NCBI GenBank assembly: GCA_965248695.1 | Contig: CBDFKD010000002.1 | Location: 4,768,001-4,832,000, forward strand | Length of the DNA: 64,000 bases | Direction of reading: 5' to 3' | Source: Acidobacteriota bacterium | Lineage (GTDB): Bacteria; Acidobacteriota; UBA890; WLXD01 | Shown: piece by piece, positions 27,430-37,135 of the stretch | How the letters are laid out: every line of letters starts with the position of its first letter | Numbering within the stretch: position 1 is the stretch's first letter | The notes under the pieces: generated by a model | Database searches by the model: none | What the model saw: the letters and a program-made list of their open reading frames with translations, nothing else | What the model was told of the DNA's origin: nothing | Translations under genes and position numbers: made by a program

Positions 27430-29124
27430 ATGAGGTCGACTCGACTCTTTCGGTGCATTGCCGTGCTCGGCACCCTCCTGTCGTTGGCCTGTGCCGGACG
27501 CGAGGCCGATGATCCACAGGCGGCCCTGGCCGCGCGCAACGCCCTCGCCGCGCGTGCCGGAGCCCCGTTGTTCGATGGCATGGGCGACCATCACTACCCG
27601 GTCACCACTAGCGACGCCGATGCGCAGCGCTATTTCGACCAGGGTCTGGTGATCGATTTCGCCTTCAATCACGCCGAGTCCGTGCGCTCGTTCCGCGCCG
27701 CGCAGCGACTCGATGAGGGCTGCGCCATGTGCTACTGGGGCGAGGCGTTGGCGCTGGGCCCCAACATCAACGTGACCTTCAACGGCAAGGTCGTGATGGC
27801 CGACGAGGATCGGCTGGCGGCTCACGCCGCGGCGCAGAAAGCCGTCGCGCGCAACGGCAATGCGACGCCGAAGGAACGAGATCTCATCGACGCGCTGGCG
27901 GTCCGCTACAACGGTGACCCGACGACGGAGCGCGAGCCGCTCGACCTGGCGTACGCCGACGCGATGCGTCAGTTACATGCGAAGTACGCTGACGATGACG
28001 ACGTGGCAGCCCTGTTCGCGGAGTCGTTGATGAACACCATGCCGTGGGACTACTGGCTCGATCCCGAGAGCCCGAAGCCCGAGACGGTGGAGGTGATCGG
28101 CGCTCTCGAGGGGGTTCTCGCCCGGACGCCCGATCATCCGCTGGCCATCCACCTCTACATCCACGCGGTCGAGGCGTCGTCGTCGCCGGAGCGTGCCGAA
28201 GTGGGTGCCGACGTGCTCGTAAGTCTGGTGCCGGGCGCGGGGCACCTGGTGCACATGCCGGCGCACATCTACTGGCGAGTGGGTCGCTACCACGATGCCT
28301 CGGAGGTGAATGTCCTCGCCGCCGCGGTGGATGAGGCTTACATCGCAGCGTGCAACGCCCAGGGCTTTTACCCCGCTGCCTACTACCCCCACAACATTCA
28401 CTTCCTGTGGGCTGCGTCGACCATGGAGGGGCGCAGCGAGATCGCCATCGACGCGGGCCGTCGCGTCGCCGCCAACATCCAGTTGGAGATGATCGAACAG
28501 TTCCCCGGGGTCGAGTTCTTCCACACCATCCCGCTGCTCGCGCTGACACGATTCGGACGCTGGGACGACGTGCTGAGCGAGCCGCAACCGGCCGAGCAGC
28601 TGGATTTCTCCAACGCCATATGGCGCTACGCTCGCGCCACTGCCTACGCCGCCCAGGGTGATCTGACTGCGGCGAGGGCCGAGCGGCGAGTTCTCGTTGA
28701 GCTACTCGAAAGCGACAAGATCCATCACATCGACTCGGTCGACTATCCCGCCAGCTTGCTGCTGGCGATCGCCGACGCGCTGGTTCTCGGCGACATTGCC
28801 ATGACCGAGGGCGATCTCGGCGCGGCGGTGGGGCACTTCGAGCGCGCCGTCAGCACCCAGGACGAGCTTCCGTACACGGAGCCGCCGTTCTGGTACTACC
28901 CGACGCGGCAATCCCTGGGCCATGCGCTCCTGGCGAACGGCGACGCGGCTGCAGCCGAACAGATCTACCGCGACGATCTCGGCATACATCCGCGCAACGG
29001 CTGGTCCATGTTCGGGTTGGTGCAGAGCCTCGAGGCGCAAGGGAAGGACGCTACGGACGCCCGCGCGCGGTTCGAGCAGGTGTGGTCGTTGGCCGATGTG
29101 ACCCTGACTGGCTCGCGGATGTAG
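27430..29124 (+). CDS. TPR-like helical repeat lipoprotein
   Basis: Lipobox LSLAC; AQRYFDQGL..FAFNH.E, HLYIHAVE, GHLVHMPAHIY, HPRNGWS. Confidence 0.75.
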   Translation: MRSTRLFRCIAVLGTLLSLACAGREADDPQAALAARNALAARAGAPLFDGMGDHHYPVTTSDADAQRYFDQGLVIDFAFNHAESVRSFRAAQRLDEGCAMCYWGEALALGPNINVTFNGKVVMADEDRLAAHAAAQKAVARNGNATPKERDLIDALAVRYNGDPTTEREPLDLAYADAMRQLHAKYADDDDVAALFAESLMNTMPWDYWLDPESPKPETVEVIGALEGVLARTPDHPLAIHLYIHAVEASSSPERAEVGADVLVSLVPGAGHLVHMPAHIYWRVGRYHDASEVNVLAAAVDEAYIAACNAQGFYPAAYYPHNIHFLWAASTMEGRSEIAIDAGRRVAANIQLEMIEQFPGVEFFHTIPLLALTRFGRWDDVLSEPQPAEQLDFSNAIWRYARATAYAAQGDLTAARAERRVLVELLESDKIHHIDSVDYPASLLLAIADALVLGDIAMTEGDLGAAVGHFERAVSTQDELPYTEPPFWYYPTRQSLGHALLANGDAAAAEQIYRDDLGIHPRNGWSMFGLVQSLEAQGKDATDARARFEQVWSLADVTLTGSRM

Positions 29125-29128
29125 AGGT

Positions 29129-30166
29129 ATGCGCGCGATGGTGCTCGGCGTGGCCGTTTCGATGGCGTCGCTTACCGCAGGTGCGGCTCACGCCCAGCAT
29201 AGGGTGATCTTCGACACCGACTTCGCCATGCCGCCGCAGGACGACGGCATGGCGCTGCTGCTGGCCTTGCAGTCACCGGAGCTGGAGATCGTTGGCATCA
29301 CCACGGTGGCCGGTAACTTCTCGCTCGAGCAGGCCAACGCCGATGTGCTGCGTTTACTGGAGATCGCCGGACGCGACGACGTGCCGGTCTACTCGGGCGC
29401 TGACATGCCGCTGGTGCACGAGAAGTCCGACTACGCGATGCAGAACCACGGCGAGTGGTGGTCGGACGCGCCACCGCGCGAGCCGACGGGCGGCTTCGCC
29501 GCCAAGACGCTCGAGGCCGCCGGCGCGGTCGAGTTCATGGTGCAAGCGGTGCGTCGCCACCCAGGCGAGATCACCGTCGTCGCCATCGGTCCGTTGACCA
29601 ACGTGGCGATGGCCATTCGCCACGACGCCGACTTCACCCGACAAGTGAAGAAGCTCTTCATCATGGGGGGCGCCATTGCCGCGTTTCCCGACGGACGCGG
29701 CAATGCCACGCCGAATGCCGAATTCAATTTCTGGGTCGATCCGGAGGCCGCCCACGCCGTGCTGCGCTCCGGAATTCCGATCGAGCTGTCGCCGCTCAAC
29801 GTGTCGCGCAAGACCGCTCTGGATCGGTCCGCATACGAGAGCATGGTGGCCACCGACACGCCGATCACTCGGCTGATTCGCCGTGCGATGGACCCACTCT
29901 TCGAACAGAATCCATCGAGGGTCTGGTTGATGTATGACCAGGTGGCGGTGGCGAGCCTGATCGATCCCACGCTGGTGAGCACGAAGGAGCTGTTCGTCGA
30001 CGTCGACATCAATCGCGGCATCAACTACGGCACCTCAGTTGGCGGCGAGCACATCTGGCCCGGGGCCGAGGGAGCTCGCCGAATGGCGGTTCAGTACGAC
30101 CTTGATTGGCCGCGGTTCATCGAAATGTTCGCCGAGCGGGTATCGAAGCCGTTCGCTGATCGCTGA
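29129..30166 (+). CDS. Nucleoside hydrolase (IUNH family), with signal peptide
   Basis: DTD...DDG, ITTVAGN, IGPLTNVA, MGG, AEFNFWVDPEAA. Confidence 0.9.
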   Translation: MRAMVLGVAVSMASLTAGAAHAQHRVIFDTDFAMPPQDDGMALLLALQSPELEIVGITTVAGNFSLEQANADVLRLLEIAGRDDVPVYSGADMPLVHEKSDYAMQNHGEWWSDAPPREPTGGFAAKTLEAAGAVEFMVQAVRRHPGEITVVAIGPLTNVAMAIRHDADFTRQVKKLFIMGGAIAAFPDGRGNATPNAEFNFWVDPEAAHAVLRSGIPIELSPLNVSRKTALDRSAYESMVATDTPITRLIRRAMDPLFEQNPSRVWLMYDQVAVASLIDPTLVSTKELFVDVDINRGINYGTSVGGEHIWPGAEGARRMAVQYDLDWPRFIEMFAERVSKPFADR

Positions 30167-30194
30167 TCAGCTCGCGTACGGCGGTGGCGTGCGC

Positions 30195-30524
30195 TCAGTG
30201 CCCGACCGTGGACGAGAAGACGTTCATGACCACCAGGCCGACGAGGATCAACGCCATTCCCAGTATGGCCGGCGCGTCCGGGATCTCGTTGTAGACAACG
30301 GCTCCGGCGATGGCCACCAGCACGACACCCAACCCCGACCAGATCGCGTAGGTGATCCCTACCGGGATGCTCCGTACGACTGTCGACAGGCAGTAGAACG
30401 AGACGCTGTAGGCGATGACGACGACCAGGCTCGGGACCAACCGCGTGAATTCATCGGAAGCCTTCAACGACGTCGTCCCGATCACTTCGGCGACGATCGC
30501 GACGGCTAGATATACGTAGGCCAT
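30195..30524 (-). CDS. SMR family multidrug efflux transporter (EmrE/Qac-like)
   Basis: 109 aa; AIVAEVIGT (conserved Glu), IPVGITYAIWSGLG; RBS GGAG. Confidence 0.92.
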   Translation of the reverse strand: MAYVYLAVAIVAEVIGTTSLKASDEFTRLVPSLVVVIAYSVSFYCLSTVVRSIPVGITYAIWSGLGVVLVAIAGAVVYNEIPDAPAILGMALILVGLVVMNVFSSTVGH

Positions 30525-30586
30525 TTCATCTCCAGAAGTCGTTGGTTTCCGAGCTGTTCGGTGTCGGCGGGAAGCGCCGTGCCCGA

Positions 30587-30624
30587 TGCACCTTGCCCGT
30601 TCCGCACGGCTAGGGCAAAGTGCA
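30587..30624. repeat. 12-bp near-perfect inverted repeat between divergent SMR and CocE genes
   Basis: TGCACCTTGCCC-N14-GGGCAAAGTGCA (one mismatch; G-U pair on the minus-strand RNA). Confidence 0.6.
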
Positions 30625-30656
30625 GCGAGGCATCGAGACATAGGAGGCTTGCAGCG

Positions 30657-32618
30657 ATGACGACCGTCGACGGGAGAGTTGGGAGCCGGCTCCTGAAGCT
30701 GGGCGTGGTGGTGCTCACCGGGCTGGCGGCCGTCAGCGCCGGAGCGACACCCGGCCAGCGCGCCTCGATGCAAGACTCAGGGGGGCGCATCCTGCCGCCT
30801 CAGGGAGACTATGAGGTCAGCGTCCGGCGCAGCATCATGGTGCCGATGCGCGACGGCGTCGAGCTGTCGACGGACCTGTATTTCCCCGAGGGCGCCGGCG
30901 ACAAGCTGCCGGTCATTCTGCTGCGGACCCCCTATGACAAGAACAACTACTGGCGTTCTGAACGCGGTGCCCCGTACATCTTTGGCAAACACGGGTATGC
31001 CGTCGCGGTGCAGGACAAGCGCGGCAAGTTCGAGTCGTATCAGGGGCGCTACGCGATGTACAACCGCGACGGTCTCGACGGCTATGACACCGTGGACTGG
31101 CTCGCGGCGCAATCGTGGTCCAACGGCAAGGTGGGGACCTACGGCTGTTCCTACCTCGGCGACGTGCAGATACTGCAATCACGGCACCGCAACCCGCACC
31201 TGACAGCGATGGTTCCGCAACACTCGGGCGGTTCGTACGGTGCGATCGACGGACGGGTTCGCTACGGTGGCATCTTTGCCGGTGGGGCTCTGGAGCTGGC
31301 GTACGGTTTCGGTTGGTTCTGGGGCGCGGGCAACAAGATCTACTACGGTCCGCCGGAGGGGATGGACGCCTCGGAGTGGTTCACCTCGGGCCAGGCGGAG
31401 TTGTTCCAGCAGCGACCGACGTTACCCGAGATCGACTACGAGCAGACCTGGAACACGCTGCCTGTCATCGACATGATCCGCGCTCAGGGCGGCCCACTGA
31501 CCGACTGGGAAGATCTGCTCGAAGCCGACCTGGTCGGCCCGTACTGGGACGACTTCAGCTACCTGCGCGACGACGATCAGTTCGATGTGCCGGCGTTGTT
31601 CATCAACTCTTGGTACGACTACGGAACCCGTGATCTGTTCCACGAGTTCAACCTTCTGCGCCGCAATGCCATGAGCGAGCGCGGCCGCGACAACCAGTTC
31701 ATCATCACATCGCCCTCGACCCACTGCGGCTCCGAGCGTGCCACCGAGCACACCATCATCGGCGAACGCGACATGGGCGACGCGCGCAAGAACTTCTGGC
31801 GTATCTATCTCGACTGGTTCGATCACTGGCTCAAGGGTGTCGACAACGGCGTCACCGAGATGGCCAAGGTGCAGTACTACCTGATGGGTGCGAACGAATG
31901 GCGCGAGGCACAGGAGTGGCCGATCGCAAGCACCGAGTTCACACCGTTCTACCTGCACAGCGACGGCCGCGCCAACGGCCGGTTCGGTTCCGGCGAGTTG
32001 AGCACGGCGCTACCGGGCGACGAGGCCCCCGACCGATTTACGTACGATCCTGGCACACCGGTCCCCTCGCGCGGCGGCCAGTGGTGCTGCTTGGGCACGC
32101 CGCTTATGGCCGCCGGTAGCTTCGACCAGTCCGAAATCGAGATGCGCCACGACGTGCTCGTGTACAGCACCCCGGTGCTCCAAGAGGGGGTCGAAGTAAC
32201 CGGCCCGATCGAGGCCGTTCTGTACGTCTCTTCGTCGGCGACCGACACCGATTTCACCGCCAAGCTCGTCGACGTGGCGCCGGACGGCAGTGCCTACAAC
32301 ATCCAGGAAGGCGTCATGCGCGCCCGTTATCGCGAGGGCTTCGACAGGAAGGTATGGATGACGGATGGCGAGGTGGTGCAGCTGCGCGTCGACCTGTATG
32401 CCACCGGCAACTACTTCGCCCCGGGGCACCGCATCCGGCTCGAGGTGTCGAGCTCGAGCTTTCCGCGCTACGAGCGCAACCTCAACACCGGCGGCAACAA
32501 CTACGACGAGAAGGAATGGGTAGTGGCAGAGCAAACCGTGCACCACTCCGCCGAATACCCATCGCACGTGATCCTGCCGGTGATTCCAGCGCGCAACGCG
32601 ACCGCATCGGCCCAATAG
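30657..32618 (+). CDS. CocE/NonD family secreted hydrolase
   Basis: MRDGVELSTDLY, RTPY, GCSYLG nucleophile, YDPGTPVP, RIRLEVSSSSFPRY. Confidence 0.92.
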   Translation: MTTVDGRVGSRLLKLGVVVLTGLAAVSAGATPGQRASMQDSGGRILPPQGDYEVSVRRSIMVPMRDGVELSTDLYFPEGAGDKLPVILLRTPYDKNNYWRSERGAPYIFGKHGYAVAVQDKRGKFESYQGRYAMYNRDGLDGYDTVDWLAAQSWSNGKVGTYGCSYLGDVQILQSRHRNPHLTAMVPQHSGGSYGAIDGRVRYGGIFAGGALELAYGFGWFWGAGNKIYYGPPEGMDASEWFTSGQAELFQQRPTLPEIDYEQTWNTLPVIDMIRAQGGPLTDWEDLLEADLVGPYWDDFSYLRDDDQFDVPALFINSWYDYGTRDLFHEFNLLRRNAMSERGRDNQFIITSPSTHCGSERATEHTIIGERDMGDARKNFWRIYLDWFDHWLKGVDNGVTEMAKVQYYLMGANEWREAQEWPIASTEFTPFYLHSDGRANGRFGSGELSTALPGDEAPDRFTYDPGTPVPSRGGQWCCLGTPLMAAGSFDQSEIEMRHDVLVYSTPVLQEGVEVTGPIEAVLYVSSSATDTDFTAKLVDVAPDGSAYNIQEGVMRARYREGFDRKVWMTDGEVVQLRVDLYATGNYFAPGHRIRLEVSSSSFPRYERNLNTGGNNYDEKEWVVAEQTVHHSAEYPSHVILPVIPARNATASAQ

Positions 32619-32630
32619 CCGAGCCCGAGG

Positions 32631-34415
32631 ATGAGCGGGCGACCAGTGCAGCGGCAAGCGTGCGCCTGCGTTGCACTGCTCGGCACCTTGATCGCGCTCG
32701 CCGCAACGACGCCGCTCCTGTGGGGGCAGGAGTCTGCGTCTTCGCCGATCCGTTTTCGCGACGTCACCCACGAGGCGGGTGTCGAGTTTCGCCAGCACAC
32801 CGGTGGGCAGGGGAGGCGGCACCTCCCCGAGACATCCGGCTCCGGCGGTGGGTGGCTGGACTACGACTCTGATGGGCTCTGGGACCTCTATCTGGTGGAC
32901 AGTGGCCCGCTTCCCGGTGGCGATTCCGATCTGGTCCCATCAGGGGCACGACCGGCGGGAGCGAACGCCATGTTTCGCAACCGCGGAGATGGTCGGTTTT
33001 CGCCGGCACTCGGGGTCGCGGCGGACCGTGGCCATGGTCGCGGGGTTTCGTTTGCTGATTACGACAACGACGGGTTCGTCGACATCTTCGTTGGCAACTG
33101 GGGGCCGGACGCGCTGTATCGCAACAACGGCGACGGTACATTTGCCGAGGTCACCGTGCGTGCGGGCCTGGGTGACGAGCGGCTGGCGTCGAGCTCGACA
33201 TGGGCCGATCTCGACGCCGACGGATGGGTCGATCTGTACGTCGTGACCTACGTCGCCTACGACCCAGAGACGGCGCCGGCGTGCGGCGACCCGGCGGCCG
33301 GGTTGATCGATTTCTGCCATCCGGCCCTCTTCGAAGGGCAGCCCGACATGGTGTTCCACAACCGCGCGGACGGAACGTTCTCGGATCGGTCCGCCGAGCT
33401 CGCCGGCGCCATGGCTGCGGACGGCAAGGGGCTCGCCGTGGCAGTGGAAGATCTCGATGATGACGGCCTCCCGGACATCTACGTCGCCAACGACACGACG
33501 CCGAACTACGTTCACTTCAACCAAGGCGATTTTCGCTTCGAGGAACGCGGCATGCTCTCGGGGCTGGGGATGGGGGAGAACGGCCAGTCACAGGCGGGCA
33601 TGGGGATCGCCATCGGCTACATCGACGGCGACTTGGATCTGGCGGTAGCGAACGGGCACATCCTGGAGCTGGCTGACGACTACCCGCAGCCGAATCAGGT
33701 GTTCGCCAACCAGTTGACCACGCTCCGCGCTGCGGCCGGCGTCGCTGGCGTTCTGGCGACCGCGCCGCCGAGTCCGCCTGGGGGCGCCCCCGAACCGCCG
33801 TCGTGGCGGCCAGCGGGCCCGTTGTTCAACGACGCATCCGAACAGGCGGGCGCGTCGATCACGCGCCGGCGGGTGTCCCGCGGTCTGTCGGTCGGCGACG
33901 CCGACGGCGATGGGCTTGCCGATCTGCTGATCACCAACGTGAACGACGTGGCCGAGTTGCTGCACAACGTGGCCGACGACCCGGGCAACGCCGTCGTGCT
34001 GCGCCTGCGCGACACCGAGGGGAACCGCGACGCGATCGGCGCCGATGTTTGGATCACGCCATGTCCGACTCCGGATCCGGAGGCCTGTTCGTCCGGCAGC
34101 GGCGCGGTTGGTGGCGCGGCGGGGTACCCGCAACGGTATCGAGTGCGAGGCGCGTCCTCCTACGCTTCGCAGAGCTCGAATGATCTCCACGTTGGCCTGG
34201 GAGCCTCGCCGGGCGCGCAGGTGCAGGTGCGCTGGCCGGACGGAGCCGTCGAGAGCCTCGGCTATGTCGCGGGCGGGCGGGTCCTGCTCATTGTCCGGGG
34301 TCGCGGTGTCGCCGCCGCCCGGACGCTCGCCCCACACAGGGTTCCGGCGAGCCCACTAGTACAGGACCGCTTCCGAGCCGCGCTCTTGGATGAGCGCCTC
34401 GATATGCGCCACTAG
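32631..34415 (+). CDS. CRTAC1/ASPIC-UnbV family FG-GAP repeat protein (one repeat apparently deleted)
   Basis: Repeated DYDxDG..D motifs, ANDT, SRGL..GDADGDG, NRDAIGA, SYASQS...HVGLG, VRWPDG. Confidence 0.8.
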   Translation: MSGRPVQRQACACVALLGTLIALAATTPLLWGQESASSPIRFRDVTHEAGVEFRQHTGGQGRRHLPETSGSGGGWLDYDSDGLWDLYLVDSGPLPGGDSDLVPSGARPAGANAMFRNRGDGRFSPALGVAADRGHGRGVSFADYDNDGFVDIFVGNWGPDALYRNNGDGTFAEVTVRAGLGDERLASSSTWADLDADGWVDLYVVTYVAYDPETAPACGDPAAGLIDFCHPALFEGQPDMVFHNRADGTFSDRSAELAGAMAADGKGLAVAVEDLDDDGLPDIYVANDTTPNYVHFNQGDFRFEERGMLSGLGMGENGQSQAGMGIAIGYIDGDLDLAVANGHILELADDYPQPNQVFANQLTTLRAAAGVAGVLATAPPSPPGGAPEPPSWRPAGPLFNDASEQAGASITRRRVSRGLSVGDADGDGLADLLITNVNDVAELLHNVADDPGNAVVLRLRDTEGNRDAIGADVWITPCPTPDPEACSSGSGAVGGAAGYPQRYRVRGASSYASQSSNDLHVGLGASPGAQVQVRWPDGAVESLGYVAGGRVLLIVRGRGVAAARTLAPHRVPASPLVQDRFRAALLDERLDMRH

Positions 34416-35279
34416 CTGGTCTCGCCGCTTGAAGATGTCGTTGATGACCGGGCCGTCGAGCACGTCACCAGTCTTTTCGGTCACGGTGTCGCGGTCGAGC
34501 GCCTGCAGTGCCTCCCAGAATGCCGTGCGTACCCAGATGATCTTTTCCGGCGCCCGGAGCTCGTCACCCTGCTGGAAGCCGCGCGTGTGGTCGATCAACC
34601 ACACTTTCCAGTCCTTGTCGATCAGCAGATTGCCGGGATTCCGATCGATGTTGCCAATGAGCTCGTCGAAGACGGTCATCTCCTGCGTCTGGCGCCGCCA
34701 GCCGACGAAGTCGGGGGATCGCAGGCCCTGCTTGACGCGGTCCTGCTCCATCATCGTGTCGTTGACCCAGATCTGTGCCGTGCCGCGGTCGCGGTTTAGG
34801 CGTCGGTGCACCGCCGGCGGCACGTTGTCCATTCCCAGGAGCTTGGAGATCTCGTAGGCGGCAACCTCGAACCCCGAGAAATCTCGTAGCTTCTGGTAGT
34901 AGCTGCCATCCGGCATGCGTACCCGGGTGTGCTCTTCATCCACTGCACGGAACGCCGCATAGGCACGCACGCCGTCCTGCTCCAGCACGAGACGGCGCGG
35001 GCCGGTGATTCCGATGTCGATCTTGTCGTTGTCGACGACGTCGGCGGTGCGTAGAAACTCGCTCACGGCGGCCGCGTCCTGGAAGGGAAGCGGGTTGCCA
35101 TCGACGTCGCGCCAGATCTCGTCCTGTGCGGCTACGGCTGCAATGACCTCGGTTGGCGGACCTACGAGTGCCAGCGTTGCGGTGGCGATGAGGGTTGCCG
35201 CGGCTGCAGGAGCGAGGCGTGCCGGGGCGGCGACCACGGCGGAGAAAAGAGACGCTCGAACCGAGGGCGTTGGGGACAC
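34356..35279 (-). CDS. Secreted protein with atypical kinase-like motifs
   Basis: Signal-like N-terminus; EVAAYEISKLLG...VPP, FDELIGNIDRNPGNLL, WLIDHTRGF; GTG at 35279 after AAGGAG. Confidence 0.65.
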   Translation of the reverse strand: MSPTPSVRASLFSAVVAAPARLAPAAAATLIATATLALVGPPTEVIAAVAAQDEIWRDVDGNPLPFQDAAAVSEFLRTADVVDNDKIDIGITGPRRLVLEQDGVRAYAAFRAVDEEHTRVRMPDGSYYQKLRDFSGFEVAAYEISKLLGMDNVPPAVHRRLNRDRGTAQIWVNDTMMEQDRVKQGLRSPDFVGWRRQTQEMTVFDELIGNIDRNPGNLLIDKDWKVWLIDHTRGFQQGDELRAPEKIIWVRTAFWEALQALDRDTVTEKTGDVLDGPVINDIFKRRDQLVAHIEALIQERGSEAVLY

Positions 35280-35398
35280 AGTCTGCTCCTTTGGTTGGCG
35301 CGGAGTCTTGGCGGCGACTCTATTACGGCCCTGCGCGCCGGACAAACGGTGGTTGACGCCGGTGCGCGCCGCTCCGACCATGGTCCAGATCGTTCCCG

Positions 35399-36145
35399 AT
35401 GTCGATCGATCCCGCGCCGGGGTCATCATCGCGAGCAGCTGATTTGGTCGAGAGTCGAAAAATAGGGTGGTACGTTGGCCTCGGCTGCCTGGGAATCATC
35501 GGCCTGCTGGCGATCGCCGCCGGCGCCTGCGGCGTGTGGATATACAGCGAGACGCAGCGCTTCGAGCGCGAGATGACCGATCCCGCGAGCCGTCGTGAGC
35601 GAGTGCTGGAAATGCTCGGTGCCGACACGGTTCCGGAAGGCTACTATCCGATGGTGGCGTTCTCGGTGCCGTTCGTGATCGAAACCGCCATCCTCACCGA
35701 TCGAGCCCCCGATGCCGACGGCGAGCCCGCCGATGGCTTCGACGAACACGGCTTCATCTATCTGAAGATGATCCGTATCGGCCAGGACCAGGCCGAGCTG
35801 CGAGATTTCTTCGAGGGCAGTACCGATGACGCCGACGTGCTGCGCGAAAACGGTATCGGCATCGACACCGACGAGATCATCGGCCGCGGCGTGATCGATA
35901 CGTCGGCGGCGCAACTGCTGTACGTGGCCTCGCGCGGCAACGTCGCCCAGGCTCGCGGCAGTGGCGATGGTCTGCTGTCCATCGCGATGGTGGAGTGCGG
36001 TACCGACGAGCGCATGCGCATCGGTGTGTGGTTCGGTCCCGATCCCGAGCCCGAGATGTCGATCGATGAGCTCGATCTGTCGGGCACGCCGGCGGATCCT
36101 GCCACCATTCGGCGGTTCTACGCCAACTTCAGGCTGTGTGACTGA
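35399..36145 (+). CDS. Hypothetical membrane-anchored protein
   Basis: One N-terminal TM (GLGCLGIIGLLAIAAGACG), good codon usage; start uncertain. Confidence 0.65.
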   Translation: MSIDPAPGSSSRAADLVESRKIGWYVGLGCLGIIGLLAIAAGACGVWIYSETQRFEREMTDPASRRERVLEMLGADTVPEGYYPMVAFSVPFVIETAILTDRAPDADGEPADGFDEHGFIYLKMIRIGQDQAELRDFFEGSTDDADVLRENGIGIDTDEIIGRGVIDTSAAQLLYVASRGNVAQARGSGDGLLSIAMVECGTDERMRIGVWFGPDPEPEMSIDELDLSGTPADPATIRRFYANFRLCD

Positions 36146-36177
36146 CCGGCGGGGACCAACCCGGAGCGCGGCTCAGG

Positions 36178-36519
36178 TCACGGCGTGGCGGCGCTGACGT
36201 GACCGTAGTGATCGCGCGTCCAGTCAAACGCCACCGGTTCGCCATCGACGAGAATCTCGACGCGCAACGTGCCCTCCTCGACGAGCTTCTGCGCCATGCA
36301 GGACACGTCGGAGCCGCGCAACTCGATCACGAACGGAACCGCCTGGTCGAGTGACTCTCGCCATTCCTGGCCGCCGCTGTGAAGCACGTAGTGGCCAGTG
36401 AAGCGCACACCCTCAGTACCGGTAACGCGCACCAGCATCGGGCGCTCACCCTTGCTGCAGCCGACGGCGGCGGCCAGCAAGCAGATGGCCAAAGTGACGC
36501 TCACGACATGTCGGCGCAT
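36178..36519 (-). CDS. Hypothetical lipoprotein
   Basis: MRRHVV...AAVGC lipobox; RBS AGGAGAG; beta-rich small domain. Confidence 0.7.
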   Translation of the reverse strand: MRRHVVSVTLAICLLAAAVGCSKGERPMLVRVTGTEGVRFTGHYVLHSGGQEWRESLDQAVPFVIELRGSDVSCMAQKLVEEGTLRVEILVDGEPVAFDWTRDHYGHVSAATP

Positions 36520-36533
36520 GAGCTGAGTCTCTC

Positions 36534-37013
36534 CTAGCAGGAATCCGCGATGATGTTGGGGAGTTGCGCCGTCTCGTCGGGCATACCCGGTGCCCGAAGG
36601 AACGTTCCGTTGGACAGCCAGATATCCGGGTCGAAGTAGTCGCCTACCCACGGATCGGGCGGATTCGGTCCGATGAGCGCGTCAGCGCCCATGCCCTGCA
36701 TCAGGTACGCGCAGCCCGTGTTGATGCCGGTGTACAAGTAGCTCGTGCCCCATCCATCGTCAGGGACGCCGGCGTAGTAGTCAGGCTGCAGCGCGACCAG
36801 CCCCTGGGCACTGGTGGGGAACAGGCCGCTGTGGTCGAGCTGGTAAGTGGCGAGCCCGGTAGAGAGGTTGCGCATGTCGCCGAGGCTACGGCGCTGACGA
36901 CCGCGCTCGAACGCCATCAGCAGCTGCGGCACCACGAGCATGGACAGGATGGCGATGATCGCCATTGATGCCAACACATCGATCAGCGAGAACCCACGCT
37001 CTCTTGTTGCCAT
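36534..37013 (-). CDS. Type II secretion GspG-like / type IV pilin-like protein
   Basis: Prepilin site RERG|FSLIDVL, hydrophobic helix, DGWGTSYLY (GspG-like DxWG..Y). Confidence 0.8.
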   Translation of the reverse strand: MATRERGFSLIDVLASMAIIAILSMLVVPQLLMAFERGRQRRSLGDMRNLSTGLATYQLDHSGLFPTSAQGLVALQPDYYAGVPDDGWGTSYLYTGINTGCAYLMQGMGADALIGPNPPDPWVGDYFDPDIWLSNGTFLRAPGMPDETAQLPNIIADSC

Positions 37014-37135
37014 GACGGACGACTTCTTCGAAGGACTGAGGATGTCTAGTTGAACCTCTGTACGACAAATTAACAGACGCAAGAAACACACTAAAGCTCA
37101 AAAAAACACATGCATGAATCACTGTAGATGTTTAT

